Below are positions 37,466 through 45,765 of a stretch of DNA of 64,000 nt, in pieces. Every line of letters starts with the position of its first letter. The first letter of the stretch is position 1. A model generated the notes under the pieces. That model was not told the DNA's origin and did no database searches. It saw only the letters and a list, made by a program, of their open reading frames with translations. The stretch comes from an uncultured Kiritimatiellota bacterium (GTDB taxonomy: Bacteria; Verrucomicrobiota; Kiritimatiellia; RFP12; DVOR01). A program made the translations under genes and the position numbers. Location: the NCBI GenBank assembly GCA_944391085.1, contig CALXSE010000008.1:2437-66436 (forward strand), given 5' to 3'.

Positions 37466-38293
37466 ATGGCAGAACCCCGCAAAATAACCATCAAGTTGCG
37501 GCCCGTCGGCGCGAAGCCCGCCGGGGCTCCCACGCCGCCCGCGCCCCCCGCCGCACCCGCGGCGGCCCCTGCCGCGCCGGCCGCCGAGGTCGGCGCGGAG
37601 GCGGCCCAACAGGCCAAGCGCCAGACCTCGCGCATCGAGTTGCCCCCGGAGCTCATCCAGCAGCCGATGAACGCGGCGAGCACGACACCCGCGCCCCCCG
37701 CCGAGCCCCCCGCGGACGCAGGCAAGGAGGCGGCCGTCACGCTCAAGCCCATCTCCTCCGACGCCGCGCCGGCCAAGGAGGAAACGCAGGCGGCGAAGTC
37801 CAAGACCGCCCGTATCGCGCTTGACTCCGTCCTCGGCGGCATCCAGGCCAACGCACCCTTGGCCAACACCACGCAGAAGACCATCAAGCTCAAGCGCGCC
37901 ACCCCCACGCCGAGCCTCAAGCCGAAGGCCTCCGCGCCCATGGCGCCGGTCGGCGCGAAGCCCGCCGATGAGGAAAAGACCATCAAGCTCAAGCGCCCCG
38001 CCACCCTCTCGCTCAAGCGCGACGCCGCCCCGGCGCCCGCCGCGGAGCCGGAGCTGGAGCCGTTGGAGAACCTGGACGACGTGCCGCTCGCGCCCCTTGA
38101 CGGGACGCCCGCCGCGCCCGCGCAGGAATCCACCGGCGCGAAGGTCTTCACCATCATCTCCGTGGTCGCGGCGTGCGCCTCCATCATCGTCACGCTGATC
38201 CTCTGCATCATCCTCCAGAAGCAGGCGGCCTCGCCGGACGGCTCCCCCGCCACCGGCAACACCCTCCATTCGCTTCCCTTCAAGAGCTTCTGA
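37466..38293 (+). CDS. P/A-rich low-complexity protein with KTIKLKR repeats and a C-terminal TM anchor
   Basis: SD AAAGGAG. RKITIKLRP, KTIKLKRATP, KTIKLKRPATLSLKR. C-terminal helix VFTIISVVAACASIIVTLILCIIL. Confidence 0.65.
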   Translation: MAEPRKITIKLRPVGAKPAGAPTPPAPPAAPAAAPAAPAAEVGAEAAQQAKRQTSRIELPPELIQQPMNAASTTPAPPAEPPADAGKEAAVTLKPISSDAAPAKEETQAAKSKTARIALDSVLGGIQANAPLANTTQKTIKLKRATPTPSLKPKASAPMAPVGAKPADEEKTIKLKRPATLSLKRDAAPAPAAEPELEPLENLDDVPLAPLDGTPAAPAQESTGAKVFTIISVVAACASIIVTLILCIILQKQAASPDGSPATGNTLHSLPFKSF

Positions 38294-38305
38294 GGCGGAT
38301 ATGAC

Positions 38306-38346
38306 ACAAAGCGGCCGCCGACCCGTAAGGTCGGCGGCCGCTTTGT
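38306..38346. terminator. bidirectional intrinsic terminator (between the P/A-rich gene and the convergent histidine kinase)
   Basis: ACAAAGCGGCCGCCGACC cgtaa GGTCGGCGGCCGCTTTGT, an 18-bp perfect stem. Confidence 0.8.
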
Positions 38347-38354
38347 TTGGCGCA

Positions 38355-39773
38355 TCAGTCGCGGAGAAGCGCGCGCAGGGCCTCGGGCTGTTGGGGCCAG
38401 AGGCTGACCGCCACGCGCATCCGGGCGTATCCGGCGCGGCGGCTGGGCTCCATACCCGGCGAAAGGATCAGGATGGGCGTGGGGGCGAGGCGCGCGTCGC
38501 CGCGGATTTGGCACACGATGTCTCCCAGGCAGGCCTCGGGGAGGGAGCCGTCGAGGACAAAGCGGGCGGGCGTATGACCCTCGCACCCTTTGGGGATGTC
38601 CAGGGCCTCACGGTCGACCCGAACGCTCAGGCCGATGTCCTCGGCGGCCTTGGAGAGCGCATCGATGAACGCCTCGTCGCCGGAGACGACGACCAGAAGC
38701 GGGCCCGGGCAGGCGGGCAGCGCGACGGTGACGCGGGTGCCGCAATCGGCCCCCGGGACGGGGGATTCGATGGTGAGCGTGCCGCCGTGGAGCGCGACGA
38801 TCTCGCGGACGATGGAGAGCCCCAGGCCCGTGCCGGCCACTTGGTCGCCCACGCGGAAATAACGCTGGGAAACGCGCGGAAGGGCCTCCGGCGGGATGCC
38901 GATGCCGTTGTCGTCCACGCGGAGGCAGGCCTTCCCGCCATCCTCGAAGACGGAGGCCACGATGGCGCCACCCTCGGGGGTGTATTTGATGGCGTTGGAG
39001 AGAATGTTGAAGCAGACGCGCTCGAGTTTGTGGCGGTCGCCGTTCACATAGCGCTCTTTGGGCGCGGGGAGGACGGTAAGCGTCTGGCGCTTGGCCTGGG
39101 CCTGGATAAAAAGGGCGTCCGCGCTCTCGCCGAGAAGGCGGACAAGCGGCACGAACCCCTTGCGCAGGGTGAGGGTGCCGTTTTCCATCTGGCGAAGATC
39201 GAGGATGTCGTTGACGGTGGCCAGCAGACGCTTCACGTCCACCTGGAGCCGCGAGACGTACGCCTGCGCCTTTTCGGGGAGGGTGCCGCAGAGCCCGCGG
39301 GACATGTTGGCCAGCGCGTAGGACATCGAGGTAAGCGGGGTGCGGAGCTCGTGCGAGACGTTGGAGACGAACTCCATGCGGTCACGGATGGCGGCGCGGA
39401 GGCGCTCGTTGGCCTCCTCCAGGCGATGCAGGCCCTCGACGCGGGCGGAGACGTCGCGAAGCGTGGCGAAGACGCGGCCGTCATCCAGGCGATGGAACAC
39501 GCACTCGGCCACGAAAACGCTGCCGTCAAGCCTGGAGACTGGGTTCTCGAAGACGACGAAGGGAACCGCGGTGAGGCGCTCGCGGAGGTAAGTGGGGAAC
39601 TCGGCGGAAAGGTCGTGGTCATTGGGGAAGGAGGCGGCGTCACGCCCCAGCAAGGCCTCGCGGCCCGGCGCGCGGAGAAGCTCGAGGGCACGGGCGTTGC
39701 AATCGACCACGCGGAAGTCCGCGTCGGCGATGAGGGCCGCCTCCCCCAACGCGTCAAGGGGAATCTCAGTCAT
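38355..39773 (-). CDS. PAS-domain hybrid sensor histidine kinase with C-terminal receiver-like domain
   Basis: H-box SHELRTPL, N-box NILSNAIKYT, G-boxes DDNGIGI and GTGLGLSIV. C-terminal LLVVVSGDE...FVLDGSLP...ILILS is REC-like. No TM segment. Confidence 0.82.
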   Translation of the reverse strand: MTEIPLDALGEAALIADADFRVVDCNARALELLRAPGREALLGRDAASFPNDHDLSAEFPTYLRERLTAVPFVVFENPVSRLDGSVFVAECVFHRLDDGRVFATLRDVSARVEGLHRLEEANERLRAAIRDRMEFVSNVSHELRTPLTSMSYALANMSRGLCGTLPEKAQAYVSRLQVDVKRLLATVNDILDLRQMENGTLTLRKGFVPLVRLLGESADALFIQAQAKRQTLTVLPAPKERYVNGDRHKLERVCFNILSNAIKYTPEGGAIVASVFEDGGKACLRVDDNGIGIPPEALPRVSQRYFRVGDQVAGTGLGLSIVREIVALHGGTLTIESPVPGADCGTRVTVALPACPGPLLVVVSGDEAFIDALSKAAEDIGLSVRVDREALDIPKGCEGHTPARFVLDGSLPEACLGDIVCQIRGDARLAPTPILILSPGMEPSRRAGYARMRVAVSLWPQQPEALRALLRD

Positions 39774-41598
39774 GGGTCGGCGCCCCCTTCATCGGCCATT
39801 TGCCAAGCAACTCGACGTCTTCCGGGCCCAGCTCGTAGAGGATGGGCCTGCCCTGGATCAGCGCCGGCGCGGCGCCCGTCCCCGGATCCGGGTCGCCGAC
39901 CAGCAGGACGCGTCGCAGGCCGCTCTCCGCCGCCGCGTCAAGGTCAAGCGTCAGCCGCAGCCACGGCCGCTCAAGGCCATAGGGGCGCAGCGCGCCGAGC
40001 GTCACGGGCGCATCGCGCAGCACCCGAACGGCCTTGAGGTCGGCGAAACGGGTGAGCCAGGCGTCCAGCACGGCGGCGTCCACGTAGAGGCCCGCGGGGC
40101 TCTCGGTCTCCCAATCCAACACGGCTCCGGAACGGCGGGCGGCGCACTGCGACCCGTCTCGCCGGAGCACGGCGATGCGGCGGATCTGCTCGGCCGGGAC
40201 GGAAAGGACGGTGCGGTCGACCAGCAGATGCTGAAGCCCGCCCGCCACCATCGGCTCCGGCACGGCGTCGCGGCGAAGGCGGTAGAGCCTTTCCTGGTCG
40301 GCGCGCCACACCAGGAGCCCGTCCTCGCCCTCGGCGGGGAAAAACGCCAACGTGATCGCGTCGCCTTCCCCATCGGACAGCGTAAGGGCGCTGAGCGGCT
40401 CGCCCGCCGGGCGGGCAACGCCGACGAACTCCCCCGTAAGGGCGGAGAGACGCGCGAGCAGGGCCTCGACGGCGGCGGCGTCCGCGGGAAGCGCCATGGG
40501 CATGGCGAGCCGCCACGCGCCATGCTCCCGGGCCAACTCGACGGGCACGTCCTCCCCGCGCAGGCGAAGCGACAAGCGCCGGATACCCGCCAGCGCGCCG
40601 ACCACAGGCAAATCCCGGACGTCCGCGGCAAGCGGCCCCTCCGCGCCAAACAGCGCCGGCAGGGCCTCCGACACGGAAACGACGGCGGTGGCGCCATTGA
40701 GCAGGCAGAAAACGGCGCCCGGGCGCGCCGGATCCGAACGGCCAAAACGCAGGGTCACGGGCGCGCCCAGCCCACGGATGCGAAGCGAGACGCGCAGGGC
40801 AGACTCCTCGTCCAGCGCGCAGGTGCCGAGCACGGCATCCGGCACGGGGCGGGCCCCCTGCGCGGGCGGCGCGCCATCGGCGGGACGGACGTAGGACAGG
40901 ATCGCGTCCGGCGCGGTGAGCGCGTCAAGCGCGGCCCGGACGACCTCGCCGGGGAGCTCGAAGGGGAAAGGACGCGAGACCTCCCAGTGCCCACCCGCCT
41001 TGCGGGAGGCGCGCGTGAACGGCGTGCCCGGCGCGCGCCACTCAAGCGCCTGGATGCGCTCCGGCGACACCGGGAGAAGCGCCTTGGCGCGAAGCCCCTC
41101 CGCGGTCGACGGCAGGCGGGAGACGACATCGGCCTCGACGGCCACCAGATTCCCATCCACCTCAGCCAGGGTCTGGGCCAGCGCCATCGGCTGTTCGCCG
41201 CCGAACCCCCGCACATAGGTACGCTCGGCCGTGCGCACGACGAGGCGGCGCGCCACGCGGAAAGCGCTCCCCGCCGAAGGCCCCAGGCGGGCACGGACGC
41301 GAAAGGCGCACACCGCGTCAAGAAAGGCGGAAACGGCCCCGGCATCGCACAGCGCCCCCGGATAGGGCCGCTCCATGCGCCAGAACTCCCCCTCCCGGAC
41401 AAGCGTCACAGGCGTGGCCGTGCCGTCGTCGGCAAGGATCTCCCACGACAGCGAGGCCACAGCCTCCTGCGAAACCGGGAAGAGCGGCTCGCCCACGGCC
41501 ACCGGCCTGACGGGACGCAGGAACCGTTCGGCCACGAGCCCGGCGGCCAGCAGGATGACCACCGCGAGCAAAATGAGGAAATTGCGCCCGAATCTCAT
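39766..41598 (-). CDS. DUF4340-like protein (GldG-associated), N-terminal TM anchor
   Basis: MRFGRNFLILLAVVILLAAGLV is the anchor. Its position immediately after a GldG-like gene, with an ATGA overlap, is typical for DUF4340. The assignment is by context and architecture only. Confidence 0.5.
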   Translation of the reverse strand: MRFGRNFLILLAVVILLAAGLVAERFLRPVRPVAVGEPLFPVSQEAVASLSWEILADDGTATPVTLVREGEFWRMERPYPGALCDAGAVSAFLDAVCAFRVRARLGPSAGSAFRVARRLVVRTAERTYVRGFGGEQPMALAQTLAEVDGNLVAVEADVVSRLPSTAEGLRAKALLPVSPERIQALEWRAPGTPFTRASRKAGGHWEVSRPFPFELPGEVVRAALDALTAPDAILSYVRPADGAPPAQGARPVPDAVLGTCALDEESALRVSLRIRGLGAPVTLRFGRSDPARPGAVFCLLNGATAVVSVSEALPALFGAEGPLAADVRDLPVVGALAGIRRLSLRLRGEDVPVELAREHGAWRLAMPMALPADAAAVEALLARLSALTGEFVGVARPAGEPLSALTLSDGEGDAITLAFFPAEGEDGLLVWRADQERLYRLRRDAVPEPMVAGGLQHLLVDRTVLSVPAEQIRRIAVLRRDGSQCAARRSGAVLDWETESPAGLYVDAAVLDAWLTRFADLKAVRVLRDAPVTLGALRPYGLERPWLRLTLDLDAAAESGLRRVLLVGDPDPGTGAAPALIQGRPILYELGPEDVELLGKWPMKGAPTHD

Positions 41599-42980
41599 TC
41601 GCGCCTCCTCGTGACAAGCCACAGCACGAAGCAAAGGGCCAACGGCACCCCCAACGAAACCAGCAGGAAGTCCAGTCGCCACGCCCGCGCGTCCTGCCCC
41701 ACGCGGAGCACCCCCGCGCCGGAACGCGCCCCGCTGCCGGAAAGCCCGGTGAGCCAACGCACGGCATTGACCGCAAGGTCGCGGTTCGGCGAGGCATGGT
41801 CCAACACCAGGCGGTTGGCGGCGAAGGCCGCCTCGCCGACGGCGATGACGCGGCCGGGGCGGAAGGCCAGGTCGGCATCGACACGGCTCCCGCGCTCCGC
41901 CGCCGCCATCACGGCCACGGGGCCTTCATCCGCATCGGCGGCGGGGAGCACGTCAAGCTCGGCAAGGACGGTGGCGGAAATGTCGCGGGCAGGATCCACC
42001 AAAAGGGCCCGCGGCGCACAAAAGGTGACACGCGCCGAGGCGGCGGCCAGCTCGCGGGTGACGGGATGGGCGCCGGAGAGCCGATCGGTGAGGCCGACGT
42101 CGCCCTCGCCGCGGCGGGCAGGGGTTCGCGGGGCGTCGCCCACGCGGATGCCCCAGCGCGCCAACAACGGCCCGAGGCCCGCGTCGCCGGAGGCCGGCAG
42201 CGCGCAGAAGAGGCGTCCTCCCTGGTCCAGCCAATCGAGGAGGACGGCCCGCTCGGCGGAGGTGACGGGATAACGCGGGCTGACGATCAGGAGCGCGCCA
42301 AGGTCTTCCGGGAGCCCGCCGTCCGGGGCGGTGGCGTCAAGGGTCAGGGGGCGGATCCTGCAGCCCTCGTTCTCAAGCGCCCGCCGCAGGCCGGAGAACC
42401 CGGTGAGCGGGTCGGTGCCGTCGAAGGGCGGCTCGCCGTGCCCGGTGAGCCAGCCGATCTCAACGCCCTCGGAGCGGGTCAGGCGCGCCAGCGCGGCGGT
42501 GATGGCACTGTCGGCCTCGGCCGGGTCATAGGCGCCGTCGACGGCGGAAAGGAGCGCGGCCTCGTGGACGAAGACGCGGCGCCCCGCCTGGCGGAAGAGG
42601 ATGCCCGGCCCCTCGGCCCCCTGCCCCATCAGGCGCTCGGCGGCGCCGGCGTCGACGCGCGGGTCGACGTAGGCCAGCTCGAGGGTCGCCCCGGCGACGT
42701 CGCGCGAGGCCTGGGCGAACGTGCGCAACAGACGCCCGACCGGCGCGGCGGCGGGCGATTCGGCGGGGAGGACGCACGTGACGGAGATGACGCCGGCGGT
42801 GTCCGTAAGCGTGGCGCGCCCCCGTTCGGAGACTTCGACCCCGGCCCCGAAGGCGCTCAGGTCAAGGGTGGGGCGCAGGCGGGCCAGGAGCGCGTCGGCC
42901 AACACCGCGGCCAGGGCGGCGAGCGCCACGCAGACGAACGCGCCGAGGAACCAGGCGCGCTGGCCTTTGGACAGTCTCAT
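41595..42980 (-). CDS. GldG-like / ABC-transporter auxiliary (ABC_transp_aux) family protein
   Basis: N- and C-terminal TM helices flank a periplasmic domain. Architecture and motifs (GHGE, ALLIVSP...L..WL..GG) are as in GldG. Confidence 0.55.
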   Translation of the reverse strand: MRLSKGQRAWFLGAFVCVALAALAAVLADALLARLRPTLDLSAFGAGVEVSERGRATLTDTAGVISVTCVLPAESPAAAPVGRLLRTFAQASRDVAGATLELAYVDPRVDAGAAERLMGQGAEGPGILFRQAGRRVFVHEAALLSAVDGAYDPAEADSAITAALARLTRSEGVEIGWLTGHGEPPFDGTDPLTGFSGLRRALENEGCRIRPLTLDATAPDGGLPEDLGALLIVSPRYPVTSAERAVLLDWLDQGGRLFCALPASGDAGLGPLLARWGIRVGDAPRTPARRGEGDVGLTDRLSGAHPVTRELAAASARVTFCAPRALLVDPARDISATVLAELDVLPAADADEGPVAVMAAAERGSRVDADLAFRPGRVIAVGEAAFAANRLVLDHASPNRDLAVNAVRWLTGLSGSGARSGAGVLRVGQDARAWRLDFLLVSLGVPLALCFVLWLVTRRRE

Positions 42981-43957
42981 GGGGACTCCTTTTCGGATTC
43001 AGGGAGCAGGCGCACCCGCGGAGGCGTGATCTCCACGCGGCTGACACGGTTGGAGCAGGGCAGCACGATGAGGGGTTCGCACGGCTCCTCGCCGGGGCGC
43101 TCGCCCACCAGGGCCACCACCCCGGCGGGGTCGATGGATTCCAGCTCGCGGCTGGCCCCCCACGCGGTGACCTCGACGGTCTCGGCGTCGGGGCGGTACC
43201 GGCGACCGGTGGCGGACTGCATCACGTACACGGGGACTTCCGGGAAAATGCGCGTGGCGTCCTCGCGGACGATACGCACCTCGGCGCGGACGGTGTCGGG
43301 GCGGAGCGTCCAGTCGCCGCGGTTCCCCGGGGGCATCACGCGGAGCGTCGTCTGGAAGCTGGCGGGACGGTTGGAAACGTCGAGCAGCGAGGTGGAGAGG
43401 CGCTCGGCGGGGTCTATCTCCTTGAGGAGCGCGCCCGAGCCGATGACCTCGACCGTCTTTGGCTCGAGCGTCACCTGCACCAGGCCATAGGCCGGCGCAC
43501 CGATCACCACGGGCTCATCCACGGCAAAGACGCGGGCCTCACGCGAATCAAAGGTCGCCTCCAGCTCCGTCGGCTCCAAGGAGACCACGCGCAGGCCGTC
43601 GTCGCAATCCACGTCGCCGCGCGACACGCGCACCTTCATGGAAGACTCCCCGGGCGGCGGCTGCGCCAGGCTCAGGTGGACGCGCGGCGGCGCGGACCCC
43701 GGCATGGAAAGCTGACGGATGGCCGTCTCTGACCCACGGAAGGTCACGCGCACCACGCCCGGCGAGAGGCTGGTGAGCGCCTGCGCGCCCTCGGCGGTCT
43801 CCGCGTCCACGGACAACGTCAGGGTCTGCGTGTAGCTGATGGAGCGGCGGACGCCGAAAAAGACGATGAGCGCCACGGCCAGGGCCGCGAGCTTCCACGG
43901 CCAGTTGTGGCGCAGGGCCTGCCACAGGGACAGACGGGTTTGGCGGAGGTCACGCAT
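42977..43957 (-). CDS. cdaR: YbbR-domain protein, CdaR-like regulator of diadenylate cyclase
   Basis: N-terminal anchor WKLAALAVALIVFFGV followed by repeated beta-rich YbbR-like units. Sits immediately downstream of cdaA with an 8-nt overlap. Confidence 0.7.
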   Translation of the reverse strand: MRDLRQTRLSLWQALRHNWPWKLAALAVALIVFFGVRRSISYTQTLTLSVDAETAEGAQALTSLSPGVVRVTFRGSETAIRQLSMPGSAPPRVHLSLAQPPPGESSMKVRVSRGDVDCDDGLRVVSLEPTELEATFDSREARVFAVDEPVVIGAPAYGLVQVTLEPKTVEVIGSGALLKEIDPAERLSTSLLDVSNRPASFQTTLRVMPPGNRGDWTLRPDTVRAEVRIVREDATRIFPEVPVYVMQSATGRRYRPDAETVEVTAWGASRELESIDPAGVVALVGERPGEEPCEPLIVLPCSNRVSRVEITPPRVRLLPESEKESP

Positions 43958-44801
43958 GGCGGGGCGGCTCCTTCCCGACGAAAGGCCTCAGGAACCACGG
44001 CACCGCGTGGCGCGGGCCAAAGACCAGGCGGTAGAAATCGCGTTGCTTCTCGGCGGGCACGAAGGCCGCGCGCAACAGGCGCTCCAGCTGACGGTCGCTC
44101 AGGTTCCGCAGCAAACTCCCCTCGCGCGCCACCGAAATCTGCCCGCGCTCCTCGGACACCACCAAAATCAGCGCGTCGCACTCCGCCGAAAGCGTCAGGG
44201 CCGCCCGATGGCGCGTCCCCATCCCCTCCAGGCGCAGCTCGTTGTCGATCGGCAGGATGCACCGCGCCGCGCGGATACGGTCGCCGCGCAGGATGACCGC
44301 GCCGTCGTGCAACGGCAAAGGCGGCGTGAAGATGCTGATCAGCAACTCCTCCCCCATCAAGGCGTCCAGCTTCGTCCCCGTCTCGCACCACCTGTCCAAC
44401 GCCACCTCGCGCTCCACCACGATCAACGCGCCCAACCGCCGCGTGGCCAGCCCCCGCGCCGAGCGCACCAGCTGCTCCGCCGGCGTCTCCGGCAGGCGCC
44501 CCTGGAGCAACTGCACCGCGGCGCTCCGCCCCAAGAGCGAGAGCGCCCGCCGCAGTTCCGGCTGGAAGACCACCAGGAGCGCCAGCATCAGCACGACGGA
44601 GACCCACCGCAGCACCACGTTGATCACGTCCAGGTCGAGGAGGGACGTCACCAGGAAAATCATCAGGAAAAGCGCCGCCACCCCCAGCAGCATCTGCGCC
44701 GCGCGCGTCCCCTTCAACACCATGAACCCATAATAAATGCACGTGGTCAGCAGCGCCACCTGCACCACGTCCATCACGTTCGGCCACCACGCGCTAAGCA
44801 T
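43950..44801 (-). CDS. cdaA: diadenylate cyclase (c-di-AMP synthase), membrane-bound CdaA type
   Basis: Three N-terminal TM helices. DisA_N motifs LHDGAVIL, GTRHRAALTLSAECDALILVVSEERG. Confidence 0.9.
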   Translation of the reverse strand: MLSAWWPNVMDVVQVALLTTCIYYGFMVLKGTRAAQMLLGVAALFLMIFLVTSLLDLDVINVVLRWVSVVLMLALLVVFQPELRRALSLLGRSAAVQLLQGRLPETPAEQLVRSARGLATRRLGALIVVEREVALDRWCETGTKLDALMGEELLISIFTPPLPLHDGAVILRGDRIRAARCILPIDNELRLEGMGTRHRAALTLSAECDALILVVSEERGQISVAREGSLLRNLSDRQLERLLRAAFVPAEKQRDFYRLVFGPRHAVPWFLRPFVGKEPPRHA

Positions 44802-45648
44802 TCACCGCCTCCTGCGCCCGCAGGAACGCCCACAGCGCCCCCACCGTCTCGGCCACGTCATGCACCCGCACCACGTCCGCCCCGCACGCCGCCGCCCACA
44901 ACGCCGCGCCGACGCTCGCCGGCCCCCGCCCCGCAGCCTCCGCGCCGCCCAAGAAACGCTTCCGCGAGGCCCCCACCACAAACGGCGCCTCCGCCGCCGC
45001 GAACCGCCCCGTCGCCCCCAGGAGCCGCCATGAATCCTCGTGCGTCTTCTCGAAGCCAAGCCCCGGATCCCACGCGATCTGCCGCCGATCCACCCCCGCG
45101 GCCTCCAGGCGCGCCGAGGCCGCCGACAGCGCCGCCGACACCTCCGCCACGACGTCCCGCGCCTCCTCGACCCCCTCCATGCCCCGCGGCGTCCACCCCC
45201 GCGCATGGGTCAGCACATACCCCGCGCCGGAGGCCGCCAACACCTCCGCCATGCCAAGGTCAGGATCCAGCCCCGCCACGTCGTTGACGATGTCCGCGCC
45301 GGCCTCGAGCGCCGCGCGCGCCACCGCCGCGTGGCGCGTATCCACCGAGATCACCCCCTCCGGGCAAGCCTCACGCAAGCCTCGCACCACCGGCACGACC
45401 CGCGCCGACTCCACCTCCGGCGGCACGGCCTCCGCGCCGGGGCGTGTCGATTCCCCGCCCACGTCCACGATGGCCGCCCCGGCCCGGAAGCACGCCGCGC
45501 CGCGCGCCACGGCGTCGGCGGCGGAACGCGCGCGGCTGCCCGCGAAGAAAGAATCCGGCGTCACATTCACGATGGCCATCACCAAAGGCCCGCGCAGCCG
45601 CACGGCCCTTCCACGGCACATCCAAACCTTTTCCCTCTTCCTCTGCAT
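44794..45648 (-). CDS. folP: dihydropteroate synthase
   Basis: VMAIVNVTPDSFF..., DVGGESTRPGA, SVDT, NDV, DPGLGF, GASRKRF, VRVHDV. Start chosen at ATG 45648 by promoter spacing (alternatives 45621 and 45687). Confidence 0.9.
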   Translation of the reverse strand: MQRKREKVWMCRGRAVRLRGPLVMAIVNVTPDSFFAGSRARSAADAVARGAACFRAGAAIVDVGGESTRPGAEAVPPEVESARVVPVVRGLREACPEGVISVDTRHAAVARAALEAGADIVNDVAGLDPDLGMAEVLAASGAGYVLTHARGWTPRGMEGVEEARDVVAEVSAALSAASARLEAAGVDRRQIAWDPGLGFEKTHEDSWRLLGATGRFAAAEAPFVVGASRKRFLGGAEAAGRGPASVGAALWAAACGADVVRVHDVAETVGALWAFLRAQEAVNA

Positions 45649-45655
45649 ACGCAGA

Positions 45656-45664
45656 AGTATAGCA
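45656..45664 (-). promoter_or_regulatory. extended -10 promoter (TGCTATACT), 7 nt before folP ATG 45648
   Basis: Minus strand reads TGCTATACT, tctgcgt, ATG. Confidence 0.55.
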
Positions 45665-45749
45665 AACCCGCCCCTGAAGCGCACCAAAAAGTTCGCCCCG
45701 GCGCCATCCCCGGCGCCGCCGCACGGGACAAAACCAAACCCGGCGGATT

Positions 45750-45758
45750 TGGTATGAT
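45750..45758 (+). promoter_or_regulatory. extended -10 promoter (TGGTATGAT), 7 nt before ATG 45766
   Basis: GGATTTGGTATGATG is the same 15-mer as at 58934-58948. It is followed by gaaagaa and ATG. Confidence 0.55.
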
Positions 45759-45765
45759 GAAAGAA

